Assembly (NCBI GenBank): GCA_963823755.1
Contig: CAWGMP010000026.1
Location: 12,976-76,975 of the forward strand
Reading direction: 5' to 3'
Length of the DNA stretch: 64,000 nucleotides
From: an uncultured Actinomycetota bacterium
GTDB taxonomy: Bacteria > Actinomycetota > Actinomycetes > Mycobacteriales > Pseudonocardiaceae
A program made the translations under genes and the position numbers. The first letter of the stretch is position 1; each line of letters begins with the position of its first letter. Positions 52,537 to 60,667 of the stretch are shown here, in pieces. A model generated the notes under the pieces. That model was not told the origin of the DNA. It worked only from the letters and a program-made list of their open reading frames with translations, and searched no databases.

Positions 52537-52915
52537 TCACCCACCGCAGTCCGCGAGGTGGCGGCGGGCTCCTGTCAGGCTTACCTGATGGTCGACCAGG
52601 AAGATCAGGGGAAGCTCGGGCCAGCAGTTCTCGTCCTGACGGGCCAGCCGCAGGGTGACCAGCAGGCGGTCGGGGCGGTCGGCCGCGGCCTGGTGTGGGG
52701 TCAGGGCGGACTCGGCGTGGAGCGCCCGAATGCGGTGTCGCAGAACGCGGCGTAGTCGCGGGTGTGCAACAAGAACTCATTCGACATGTCGTCGACCGCA
52801 GTGAAGGGCATTGACAGCCGCGCCCTGGAGTGGCGGGCGAGGATGCGGAACCATTGGCGGGTCGCGGCCTCGATGAGCGCAGTGCTCTCGGTCCCGAGGT
52901 CCGGGTGTTTGAGTC
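52537..52915 (-). pseudogene. frameshifted remnant of a GRDP-like (WH.F.LHTRDY..FC..FGRF.HH type) protein
   Basis: Minus-strand frames give ...TALIEAATRQWFRILARHSRARLSMPFTAVDDMSNEFLLHTRDYAAFCDTAFGR. In another frame this is followed by ...ALTPHQAAADRPDRLLVTLRLARQDENCW...LIFLVDHQ. At least one frameshift. The family assignment is from memory only. Confidence 0.3.
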
Positions 52916-53194
52916 GGAGTCCTGGGGAAAGTCATAGGCGTCGGCGTCGGCTACCCGCCGCGCGGCGCGGCGAGCTCCGAGGCCTAGTGGGTGGTGCTGT
53001 GGTTCGCTGAGCGGGCCACGGTTGCTGTACTTCGCTGCTGTACGGCTATGGACCGCCGCTGGTGGAGGCTTGCCGCGCGCCGTCTACGGGGACCAGGCAA
53101 GGCACAGAACCCTGGTGTCATGCTGGACGAAGGGAAGCACTGGGTCAGAACGCGTAGCTTCGGGCGGACGGTGGCCCGTCATCAGTCGCGGTCT

Positions 53195-53431
53195 CTACGC
53201 GGCGACGGCGACGGTGATCGCTTGGGGGACGACCTTCTCCTCAGGGACGGGCTCGCCCGAGTCGTGCAGGTCGTCAAGGTAGAGGCGGATCGCCTCCTCA
53301 GCGTTCTGGATGCACTCGACCACGGTTTCCCCTTCGGTAACGCACCCAGGCAGGGCGGGCACCGTGACGGTGTAGCCGCCGCCGTCGGGGTCGGGGTCGA
53401 GCAGGATCGTGTAGGTCGCCATCCCGCTCAT
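53195..53431 (-). CDS. hicB: HicB family antitoxin (UPF0150-type)
   Basis: 78 aa: MATYTILLDPDPDGGGYTVTVPALPGCVTEGETVVECIQNAEEAIRLYLDDL. This is the classic HicB N-domain pattern. Confidence 0.8.
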   Translation of the reverse strand: MSGMATYTILLDPDPDGGGYTVTVPALPGCVTEGETVVECIQNAEEAIRLYLDDLHDSGEPVPEEKVVPQAITVAVAA

Positions 53432-53648
53432 TACAACAGACCCGGAAGCTCATCCCAGCGATCTCTGCGGACTTGAGGATGGCCGCATGCGTCTTCGGCT
53501 TGAGAATCCGGCCGGCGCGGACCGGGACCACGACTCGTGCTCCGGCCCGCTGGAGGTGAACCAGGATCACGGGGGAACCGGATTGACGGCTCGTGGTCCA
53601 CCCCGCGCGGAGCAGATCAGCGCAGGTGATGCGGGGCGCTAGGAGCAT
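53431..53648 (-). pseudogene. hicA: HicA-like toxin, apparently degenerate (GSH->GSP, 3' frameshift)
   Basis: ADLLRAGWTTSRQSGSPVILVH...VVVPVRAGRILKPKTHAAILKSAEIAG follows the HicA pattern, but the GSH histidine is Pro. The canonical ending WDELPGLL-TAA (TAATG coupling to hicB) is only reached after a 1-nt shift near 53455. Confidence 0.55.
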
Positions 53649-53826
53649 GTGGGCGCACGGTACTGAACTGCTGGGGTGTCCCGCCGCCCGGACCGGGCCG
53701 AGTGTGGCAACTGCGAGGCGGGACGCGCGGGGGGCCGGTCACGGACGGTATGCGCGCGGTCGACGGCATCGCACCCTGCGGCGTGGTCGCCCCGGTCCGC
53801 GTGACTGATCCCAAAGGGAGCCTGAC

Positions 53827-55020
53827 ATGTCATTCGTATCGCGCACTCCGGAGGGCAACTACCGAGCAAATTGGCGGGAGCCCTCCGGGCAGCAGAAAGT
53901 CAAGACCTTCCGCACCAAGACCGAGGCCAAGCGATTCCTCGCCGAGATCGACGGCAGCCTCTCACGCGGCCTGTATGTCGATCCGTGCGCCGGCCGGCTG
54001 CTGTTCGCCACCCACGCTCAACAGTGGCTGGACAGCCGCAACGACGAGCTGACCACCAAAGCCCGCGACGCGTCGATCATGCATACCCACGTACTGCCAC
54101 AGTGGGGCACATGGCCGCTTTCGAAGATCGATCACCTGTCAGTGCAGAAATGGATCACCGAACTGGGCACCCGCCGAGCACCGGCCACCGTCGCCGAAGC
54201 CCACCGCCTCACCTCAGCGGTACTCCGGTCCGCAGTGCGCAACCGGCTGATCGCGTTCAACCCCTGCGAAGGCATCCGGCTGGCCCGGCGGCGTCGGCAG
54301 GACACCGCCGACCAGGTCATCAGCCGAGAAGAACTACGCAGCAAGCTACTGCCCATAGCACCCGACAGCTACCGAGCGATCATCGCCACCGCTGCCGGTG
54401 CCGGACTGCGCTGGGGTGAAGTCGCGGGCCTGCGGCTTGACGCACTGGATCTCAAGCGTGCCCGCCTCTCGGTGATCCGCACCATAGTCGAGATCGGCGG
54501 GCACACCTCGTTCAAGCCCTACCCCAAAAGCAGCGCCAGCCGACGCACGCTACCGCTGCCGGGCTGGCTGGTACCGATCATCCGCGAGCACCCTGACCGG
54601 TATCCAGGCCCACCCGAAGCACCGATCTACGCCAACACAGTCGGCAAACCGCTACGCCGGACCCTGTTCCGCTCGCGAGTCTGGCGGCCTGTATTGGTGC
54701 GAGCAGGAATGCTCGGCAGCCTCACCGTCATCAACGACGCTATCCACGCCAGCTGGACCAACAACACTGGAGCAACACCAACCAAGGAATCCGTGACCGA
54801 GCGAGAAGCGATAATGCACATCGCCAAATCGTGCGCCGGCGGTCTACGTTTTCATGATCTCAGGCACTCATATGCCACCTGGCTCGTCGATGACGGCGTA
54901 CCGGTGAACATGGTCCAGCGCGTGATGGGCCACGAACGGTCCTCCACCACGCTGGACCTCTACACCCGGCGCACCGACGATCACGACCGCATCCTGCGGG
55001 CACTCGATGACGTCTGCTGA
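53827..55020 (+). CDS. tyrosine-type site-specific recombinase (phage integrase family)
   Basis: 397 aa with an N-terminal SAM-like domain and a catalytic domain containing AGLRWGEVAGL, LRFHDLRHSYATWL and LDLYTRR (R..HxxR..Y). It ends 74 bp from the tRNA-Val 3' end. Confidence 0.9.
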   Translation: MSFVSRTPEGNYRANWREPSGQQKVKTFRTKTEAKRFLAEIDGSLSRGLYVDPCAGRLLFATHAQQWLDSRNDELTTKARDASIMHTHVLPQWGTWPLSKIDHLSVQKWITELGTRRAPATVAEAHRLTSAVLRSAVRNRLIAFNPCEGIRLARRRRQDTADQVISREELRSKLLPIAPDSYRAIIATAAGAGLRWGEVAGLRLDALDLKRARLSVIRTIVEIGGHTSFKPYPKSSASRRTLPLPGWLVPIIREHPDRYPGPPEAPIYANTVGKPLRRTLFRSRVWRPVLVRAGMLGSLTVINDAIHASWTNNTGATPTKESVTEREAIMHIAKSCAGGLRFHDLRHSYATWLVDDGVPVNMVQRVMGHERSSTTLDLYTRRTDDHDRILRALDDVC

Positions 55021-55093
55021 CGATCGGCCGGATCACTCGCGCAAAGATCGACCGAGAACCTTCGATACAGCCTCTGAACTGGGATGATAGGGG

Positions 55094-55165
55094 TGGGCGA
55101 TACTGGGATCGAACCAGTGACCTCTTCGGTGTGAACGAAGCGCTCTCCCGCTGAGCTAATCGCCC
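55094..55165 (-). tRNA. tRNA-Val (anticodon CAC)
   Basis: The reverse complement folds as GGGCGAT-TA-GCTC-AGCGGGA-GAGC-G-CTTCG-TTCACAC-CGAAG-AGGTC-ACTGG-TTCGATC-CCAGT-ATCGCCC-A. No encoded CCA. Confidence 0.9.
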
Positions 55166-55199
55166 CTTGCTTGCCGCGGCAGGGGATCACCATACAGGA

Positions 55200-55520
55200 T
55201 CAGGCTAGCGGCGATCGGACCCAATCCCACCGCAGACCGGCCCACCCCGCGACCAGGCCGAAGACGTTCACCAACCACAGCGTGACCAGGACGATGGCCC
55301 CGGTGAGAGCGATCACTGTCAGCCGAACGAGCAGCGGTTGCTCGCGTACCCACTCGGTCCAGGCGTTATAGCGGCTGCGAGCCCATCGGAGTACACGCTG
55401 AGCCCACCGGAACTCGGTTCCTAGGATCGCAAGACCGGCGAACAGGATCAGCCATCCCGGACCGGGATAGGGAATGGTGACGATGCCCGCGACGAGCACC
55501 GCTGTACCCACCACACCCAC
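55200..55520 (-). CDS. PGPGW-domain (TIGR02611-like) small membrane protein
   Basis: VGTAVLVAGIVTIPYPGPGWLILFAGLAILGTEFRWA signature. GTG start at 55520. The frame is open further upstream (to 55660) but has no canonical start codon there. Confidence 0.65.
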   Translation of the reverse strand: MGVVGTAVLVAGIVTIPYPGPGWLILFAGLAILGTEFRWAQRVLRWARSRYNAWTEWVREQPLLVRLTVIALTGAIVLVTLWLVNVFGLVAGWAGLRWDWVRSPLA

Positions 55521-55636
55521 CAGGACCCGGTAAGCAAGATCGAGACCTGGCCGGTTGCGGATGAGCTGCCGGACCCGGGCGTACCACCGTGGCCTGACGA
55601 GGTTCTCGGATCGCTGGGCGAACCTCTCCTCTCCCG

Positions 55637-56425
55637 TCAGCTTGTCACCTTCCCGCTTGCCAGGACATCAGTCGGCACTGCAGGACTGCGCCGACCGGGT
55701 TCCAGGGAGACCGCATAACCCCCGAATTTTCCCGTTCCGGTGGCCGGGGGTACGGCGTGCAGCCCGGGTGTCTCTGGCGCTACGTCGAACGCCGTCAGCG
55801 CAACGGGAACTCCGTCGGCAAGCCCCCACAGAACGTACGTGTGGTCTGCCGGGTTGCTGGGTAACCGGGTCGCTACCACCGCTAACCGGTCACCACCCGC
55901 GAGCACCATGCCCACCGCCTGACCGTCCTTAGCGACCAGGGGCACCCGGATCGCCGCCGGGTCCGCGGCTCGTTGCATCGCCTCAGACATTGCCGTGACT
56001 TGGCTTGACGCCTGGTTTAGCGCATCATTGAGCTGCACCACCCGGACTCCGAGTACCACTGCGGCGGCTACCAAGATCACCGCCGCAGCCGCGGCGAACT
56101 CCCCGGTGCGCAGCCACGACGGCCTTGAGATGCGCCGTGCCAGCCCTGTCGACGGTTCCAGCGCCACGACCGGCGCTTCCAACCTGGCACCCGTAACACT
56201 GAGAATCCGCTGTTCCAGCTCGGCGCTGGGGATCGCCTCCGGGACGGAAAGGCCCAGCGTGGCGCAGACCTTCTCGGTCTCCGCGGCGGTCGTGGTGCAT
56301 ACCGGGCAGTCCGGCAGGTGTGCGGCGACCAGGGACTCCTCAGCAGGCTCCAGCGCGTGCAACGCCCACCCGACCGCCAGTTCGCTGTGCGGGCAGTGGG
56401 AAACACGATACTGCTGGTCGTTCAT
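55637..56425 (-). CDS. rskA: anti-sigma-K factor RskA-like (zf-HC2 N-terminus, TM, RskA C-domain)
   Basis: HCPHSE...HLPDCPVCTTT zinc-finger anti-sigma motif, one TM helix, and a C-terminal YVLWGL...GGYAVSLEPGRRSPAVPT pattern. The start overlaps the sigma gene stop. Confidence 0.75.
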   Translation of the reverse strand: MNDQQYRVSHCPHSELAVGWALHALEPAEESLVAAHLPDCPVCTTTAAETEKVCATLGLSVPEAIPSAELEQRILSVTGARLEAPVVALEPSTGLARRISRPSWLRTGEFAAAAAVILVAAAVVLGVRVVQLNDALNQASSQVTAMSEAMQRAADPAAIRVPLVAKDGQAVGMVLAGGDRLAVVATRLPSNPADHTYVLWGLADGVPVALTAFDVAPETPGLHAVPPATGTGKFGGYAVSLEPGRRSPAVPTDVLASGKVTS

Positions 56426-57132
56426 CGGTTCACCTCCCTCACCGCGCAGGCCTCGGCGATCAGGGCGTCCGGCCCCAACTGATCGGTCAGCAACACGCGT
56501 AGCCGCTGCACCGCGGTAAACATGCGGGACTTCACCGTGCCCAGCGGGACGCCGGTCATACCCGCAATCTCACGCTGGGTGTGTCCGCCGAAATAGGCCA
56601 AGGCGAGCACCTGACGCTGCTCGACGGGCAGGCGATGCAGTGCCGCACGCACCTGGCCAGCTGCGACACGGGCCATCGCCGCCTGGTCGGCACCCGGTGC
56701 CGGGGTGGGCGACCAATCCTCGCCTGCCTCCGGCGCAGCCACCATGCGCCGACGGATGGTGCTTTCTCTTCGCACCGCGTCCACCGCCTTATGGTGGATG
56801 AGGGTGAGCAGCCAGGTGGCGAACCCTCCCCGCGAGGGGTCGAACCGGGTCGGATCACGCCACAGCGTCAGGAACACCTCCTGCACCACATCTTCGGCCA
56901 GCCCCTCATCGACACAGATGCGGCGGGCCAGCGAGTAACAGGGTCGGCCGAAACGTTGATAGAGCTGGGACAGCGCCGAGCCGTCGGCATCCCTGACTCG
57001 CCGTACGAGTTCGGCGTCGGAAGGCCCCTCTGGGATACCAGGAGCCGGTGGCGTTGGCTTCGACGTGTCCTGCCATCGGCCGGGCCGCCGGGCGCTCGAT
57101 TGAGCCTCATCGGCCACCAGAGAGATCCTCAC
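56422..57132 (-). CDS. sigK: ECF RNA polymerase sigma factor (SigK-like)
   Basis: Region 2 (DVVQEVFLTLWRDPTRFDP) and region 4 (TQREIAGMTGVPLGTVKSRMFTAVQRLR). The exact start is uncertain. Confidence 0.8.
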   Translation of the reverse strand: MRISLVADEAQSSARRPGRWQDTSKPTPPAPGIPEGPSDAELVRRVRDADGSALSQLYQRFGRPCYSLARRICVDEGLAEDVVQEVFLTLWRDPTRFDPSRGGFATWLLTLIHHKAVDAVRRESTIRRRMVAAPEAGEDWSPTPAPGADQAAMARVAAGQVRAALHRLPVEQRQVLALAYFGGHTQREIAGMTGVPLGTVKSRMFTAVQRLRVLLTDQLGPDALIAEACAVREVNR

Positions 57133-57360
57133 GTCGTACCTACGCCGGTCATCACCTACCGGTTCAGGTTAGTTGCCTCAGGGTAACCCCACAGATGGCG
57201 GCAGGCGGCACGGCGAGCGACGACCCCGCCTCTCAGGTGCGCGTTTCTGCCCCGTCCGGGTGGTCTGCCTTAGGCATCCGGGCGTAGATAAGGCATTCCC
57301 GCGTCACAGCAGCCAAAGTCAATCGTTTCAGGGCCGAAGGCATAGAAAGGGGCGGCAACG

Positions 57361-57786
57361 TTGCGTAACGACCATGTGACCCTCCGTTCATCGGCGGTCT
57401 TTGATCTACTGGCGCCACGCACTCCCGCCGTCCCTGTTCAAGTGGCGCTCCGTTACGACACACGTGACCCATACGCCATCGTCGCCGCTTTCCGCACCGG
57501 GCGGGCCGGCTGGGTCGAGTGGGTGTTCTCACGTGATCTCCTCGCCGACGGTCTGATCGCCGACGCAGGAGACGGCGACGTACGCATCCGGCCGGGCTCA
57601 GGTGACCCCGAGATCGTCGTGGTAGAGCTCGACTCCCCCTCGGGTCACGCAGTCTTCGAAGCCAGTGCCCAGCGGCTCGCCGAGTTTCTGGACGCCAGTT
57701 ACGACATCGTGCTACCCGGGAACGAGACCCGGTGGATGAACGTCGACAACGCGCTCGACCAGTTGATCTCCAACGACCTGTCTTGA
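57361..57786 (+). CDS. ssgB: SsgA-family sporulation/cell-division regulator (SsgB-like)
   Basis: ALRYDTRDPYAIVAAF...VEWVFSRDLLADGL...GDGDVRIRPG...VVVELDSPSGHAVFEA...FLDASYDIVLPGNE is the SsgB pattern. TTG 57361 or GTG 57376 start. Confidence 0.85.
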   Translation: MRNDHVTLRSSAVFDLLAPRTPAVPVQVALRYDTRDPYAIVAAFRTGRAGWVEWVFSRDLLADGLIADAGDGDVRIRPGSGDPEIVVVELDSPSGHAVFEASAQRLAEFLDASYDIVLPGNETRWMNVDNALDQLISNDLS

Positions 57787-57876
57787 ACCAGGGCCAGTTG
57801 ATCCTGACTCGCCGGGTCGGCTACAGTTCTGGCACACAGCAGGGCGGTGGGGCCAGACAGGCTCCGCCGCGAACAG

Positions 57877-57949
57877 GCGGACGTAGCGCAGCTGGTAGCG
57901 CATCACCTTGCCAAGGTGAGGGTCGCGGGTTCGAATCCCGTCGTCCGCT
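57877..57949 (+). tRNA. tRNA-Gly (anticodon GCC)
   Basis: GCGGACG-TA-GCGC-AGCTGGTA-GCGC-A-TCACC-TTGCCAA-GGTGA-GGGTC-GCGGG-TTCGAAT-CCCGT-CGTCCGC-T cloverleaf. Confidence 0.92.
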
Positions 57950-58082
57950 CTGGGTAGCCCTCCACGTCGAGTCCACCCCAGGGGCCAGTCTTCATCAGTG
58001 GGTCTTTCAGGGGAACGACGTCAGGCCGTCTCTCTCATGGGAACCCTCCTGCTGTGTGAGGCGCTGCGGAGGTGAGAGGCAC

Positions 58083-58154
58083 GGCGGAGTGGCCGAGTGG
58101 CTTAGGCAAGGGCCTGCAAAGCCCTGTACGCGGGTTCGATTCCCGCCTCCGCCT
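58083..58154 (+). tRNA. tRNA-Cys (anticodon GCA)
   Basis: GGCGGAG...AGGGC-CTGCAAA-GCCCT-GTAC-GCGGG-TTCGATT-CCCGC-CTCCGCC-T cloverleaf. Confidence 0.9.
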
Positions 58155-58155
58155 C

Positions 58156-58230
58156 GGGCGATTAGCTCAGTGGGAGAGCGCTACCTTGACACGGTAGAGG
58201 TCACTGGTTCAATCCCAGTATCGCCCACCA
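58156..58230 (+). tRNA. tRNA-Val (anticodon GAC), CCA encoded
   Basis: GGGCGAT-TA-GCTC-AGTGGGA-GAGC-G-CTACC-TTGACAC-GGTAG-AGGTC-ACTGG-TTCAATC-CCAGT-ATCGCCC-ACCA. It starts 1 nt after tRNA-Cys. Confidence 0.92.
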
Positions 58231-58317
58231 TAGCGGCCGGGTGTGGCCCGTCAGGCGCCACCAAGACGACGAAGTTGCTGTTTGATCGTGACCCGTTCGG
58301 GACTATGATCGAAATTC

Positions 58318-59271
58318 GTGCGCGGATCCCGTGATGACGACGACTTGATCCCTCTGCACCAGCCGTTCGAGAGAGCGCTGCGTGGATTCAATCGACGGCA
58401 GGTCCTGGAATATCTCGACACGCTCGATGGCCGCATCGCGATGGTGGCAGCCGATCGGGATGCGGCCCTGACGCAGGTCGCCGAGCTCAGCAAGGTGCTG
58501 AATCATCTCCGCTTGGAAAGCGAGCTGCTCGAGCATCTGCGTCGCGAGGCCGACAACGCGAGGTCTCAGGTCGAGCACATTCTGGCCACCCCGATGGCCG
58601 AGGCCAACGCCCGGATCCAGCGCATCATGCGGCTGGCCGAGCAAGAGGCAGCTGAGATCAAGGCCCAGGCCGAGGCCGAGGCCGCCGCGCGGATCGCCCG
58701 CGCCGACCAGGACATCGCCGAGCTGAGGGCCCGCGCCGACGACCAGATCACGGGGTTGCGCGCGCGTGTCAGCCGCGAGGCCAAATCACTGCTCGTGCAT
58801 GCGCGACGGCAATGCACTCAACTCGAGACGGATTCCGCCGCGCGCCGGGAAGCCGCCGAGCAGGACTCGGCGCAGGCGATAGCGCACCGTGAGTCCACGG
58901 CAGACGCCCGGATCCGGGACAGCGAGTTGCGCAGCATCGCCCGCATGCACCTCATCCTGCAGATGATCAGCGAGCAACTGGCCACACGTGTCGGCGCAGT
59001 CGAACGCGACGAATCGGCACTGCACGAACTGCGTGCTCAAGTTGCCGGCGAGGTCACTGCGCTCGAGACGTTGCGCACCGACGTCACCGCCGCGGTGGCC
59101 GCCACGCATCAGTTCTTGACGGAGGCACTCGGGCAGATACACAAGACGACGGACGAGCACCCCGCGGATCGCACACACCCAGTACCGATCCAACGAAATG
59201 CCGAGGGCGGAGCAGTCTACCGACTCAACGCCGGCGCCGAGAACCGGCGATCGCCGCGCGCTCCCAGCTGA
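58318..59271 (+). CDS. DivIVA-domain coiled-coil protein
   Basis: The N-terminal FERALRGFNRRQVLEYLDTLD matches the DivIVA-domain signature (F....RGY....V..FLD). The remainder is long Ala/Glu/Arg-rich coiled coil. GTG start. Confidence 0.6.
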   Translation: MRGSRDDDDLIPLHQPFERALRGFNRRQVLEYLDTLDGRIAMVAADRDAALTQVAELSKVLNHLRLESELLEHLRREADNARSQVEHILATPMAEANARIQRIMRLAEQEAAEIKAQAEAEAAARIARADQDIAELRARADDQITGLRARVSREAKSLLVHARRQCTQLETDSAARREAAEQDSAQAIAHRESTADARIRDSELRSIARMHLILQMISEQLATRVGAVERDESALHELRAQVAGEVTALETLRTDVTAAVAATHQFLTEALGQIHKTTDEHPADRTHPVPIQRNAEGGAVYRLNAGAENRRSPRAPS

Positions 59272-59320
59272 GACACCACGCTGAGACACCATGCGTGGAC
59301 ATCACGAAGAGACACCACGC
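59270..59320 (+). promoter_or_regulatory. three copies of a 12-mer GAGACACCAYGC upstream of rocD (candidate operator)
   Basis: Copies lie at 59270..59281, 59283..59294 (one mismatch) and 59309..59320, within the 88-bp intergenic region before the rocD ATG (59360). Confidence 0.4.
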
Positions 59321-59359
59321 GGCTGAACCGTCTGGCATCGGCACAATAATCTCGCAGTC

Positions 59360-60583
59360 ATGACCGTCCTCGACACACCGGGTTCCACGACCTCCGACTT
59401 CATCGACGCCGACGAGCAGTGGAGTACGCACAACTACCATCCGCTGCCGGTGGTGATCACCTCCGGTGAGGGTGCCTGGGTCACCGACGTGGCCGGCCGG
59501 CGTTACCTCGACTTCCTCGCCGGCTACTCGGCGCTGAACTTCGGGCACCGGCATCCCGCCTTGGTGGCCGCCGCAATGGACCAGCTGGGGCGGATGACGC
59601 TGACCTCGCGGGCGTTTCACCACAACCTGCTGGGCGCGTTCTGCCAGGAACTCGCCCAGCTGACCGGCACCGAGATGGTGCTTCCGATGAACACCGGTGC
59701 CGAGGCCGTCGAATCCGCGATCAAGGTGGCCCGGCTGTGGGCTCACCGGGTCAAGGGTGTCCCGGACGGCACCGCCGAGATCGTGGTAGCGGGTGGGAAC
59801 TTCCACGGCCGCACCATCACCCTCGTGTCGTTTTCCACCGACGAAGTGGCCCGGGCCGGCTTCGGCCCGTTCACCCCTGGCTTCGTCGTGGTGCCCTACG
59901 GCGACCTCGACGCGCTACGCGGCGCGATCACGTCCCGGACCGCGGCGGTGCTCATCGAACCCGTGCAGGGCGAGGCGGGAGTGCTGGTACCGCCACCCGG
60001 TTACCTGGCCGGAGTCCGCGCAGCCTGTGACGACGCGAGGGCACTGCTGATCGCCGACGAGATCCAATCCGGACTGGCGCGCACCGGAGACCTGCTGGCA
60101 CTGGACCACGCCGGGGTCCGAGCCGACCTGTATACCCTGGGCAAAGCGCTGGGTGGAGGGATCCTGCCGGTCTCAGCCGTCGTCGGACAGCGCGCGGTGC
60201 TGGGTGTGCTGCGCCCCGGAGAGCACGGATCAACCTTCGGCGGCAACCCACTGGCCTGCGCGGTCGGCCGCGCGGTGATCGCCCTGCTGGCGGGCGGCGA
60301 GTTCCAAGCCCGCTCCCGCGAGCTGGGCGCGCACCTGCACACCCGGCTGCGCACGCTGGTCGGGCACGGGATCACCCAGGTCACCGGCCGAGGGCTGTGG
60401 GCCGGCGTCCACATCTCCCCCGGCGGGCCGACCGGGCGCATGGCGGCGGAAGCGCTGATGGCCCGGGGCGTGCTGTGCAAGGAAACCCACGCCACGACAT
60501 TGCGGATCGCTCCCCCACTCGTGATCACCCGAGACGAACTGGACCTCGCCCTAGACGCCATCACCGATGTACTCACCCCCTGA
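59360..60583 (+). CDS. rocD: ornithine--oxo-acid aminotransferase
   Basis: 407 aa class III aminotransferase. The N-terminus ...WSTHNYHPLPVVITSGEGAWVTDVAGRRYLDFLAGYSALNFGHRHP and LIADEIQSGLARTG, with the PLP Lys in LGKALGGG, fit RocD. Confidence 0.8.
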   Translation: MTVLDTPGSTTSDFIDADEQWSTHNYHPLPVVITSGEGAWVTDVAGRRYLDFLAGYSALNFGHRHPALVAAAMDQLGRMTLTSRAFHHNLLGAFCQELAQLTGTEMVLPMNTGAEAVESAIKVARLWAHRVKGVPDGTAEIVVAGGNFHGRTITLVSFSTDEVARAGFGPFTPGFVVVPYGDLDALRGAITSRTAAVLIEPVQGEAGVLVPPPGYLAGVRAACDDARALLIADEIQSGLARTGDLLALDHAGVRADLYTLGKALGGGILPVSAVVGQRAVLGVLRPGEHGSTFGGNPLACAVGRAVIALLAGGEFQARSRELGAHLHTRLRTLVGHGITQVTGRGLWAGVHISPGGPTGRMAAEALMARGVLCKETHATTLRIAPPLVITRDELDLALDAITDVLTP

Positions 60584-60667
60584 TCGCGGCCCGTCCCCTC
60601 GCAGGGATCATGCTCACGGTGGGCTCACCGAGCAGGTGTCAGGATCGCGACGCCGCTCCCGATCCGA

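Larger units (their letters stand above)
47602..55165. mobile_element. decayed integrative genomic island at tRNA-Val(CAC)
   Basis: The tRNA 3' end faces an intact tyrosine integrase, and the far boundary is the degenerate tRNA 3'-half repeat. The interior has patchy GC, IS remnants, hicAB and several broken genes. Confidence 0.6.

Noticed and set aside
51855-52658. 267-aa plus-strand ORF in the island, with a plausible RBS (GAGGAG) and a reasonable first ~35 codons.
   Set aside because: GC3-rich codon usage collapses after about codon 40. The rest is Arg/Ser/Pro-rich and overlaps better-looking minus-strand fragments. At most it is the N-terminal stub of a destroyed gene.
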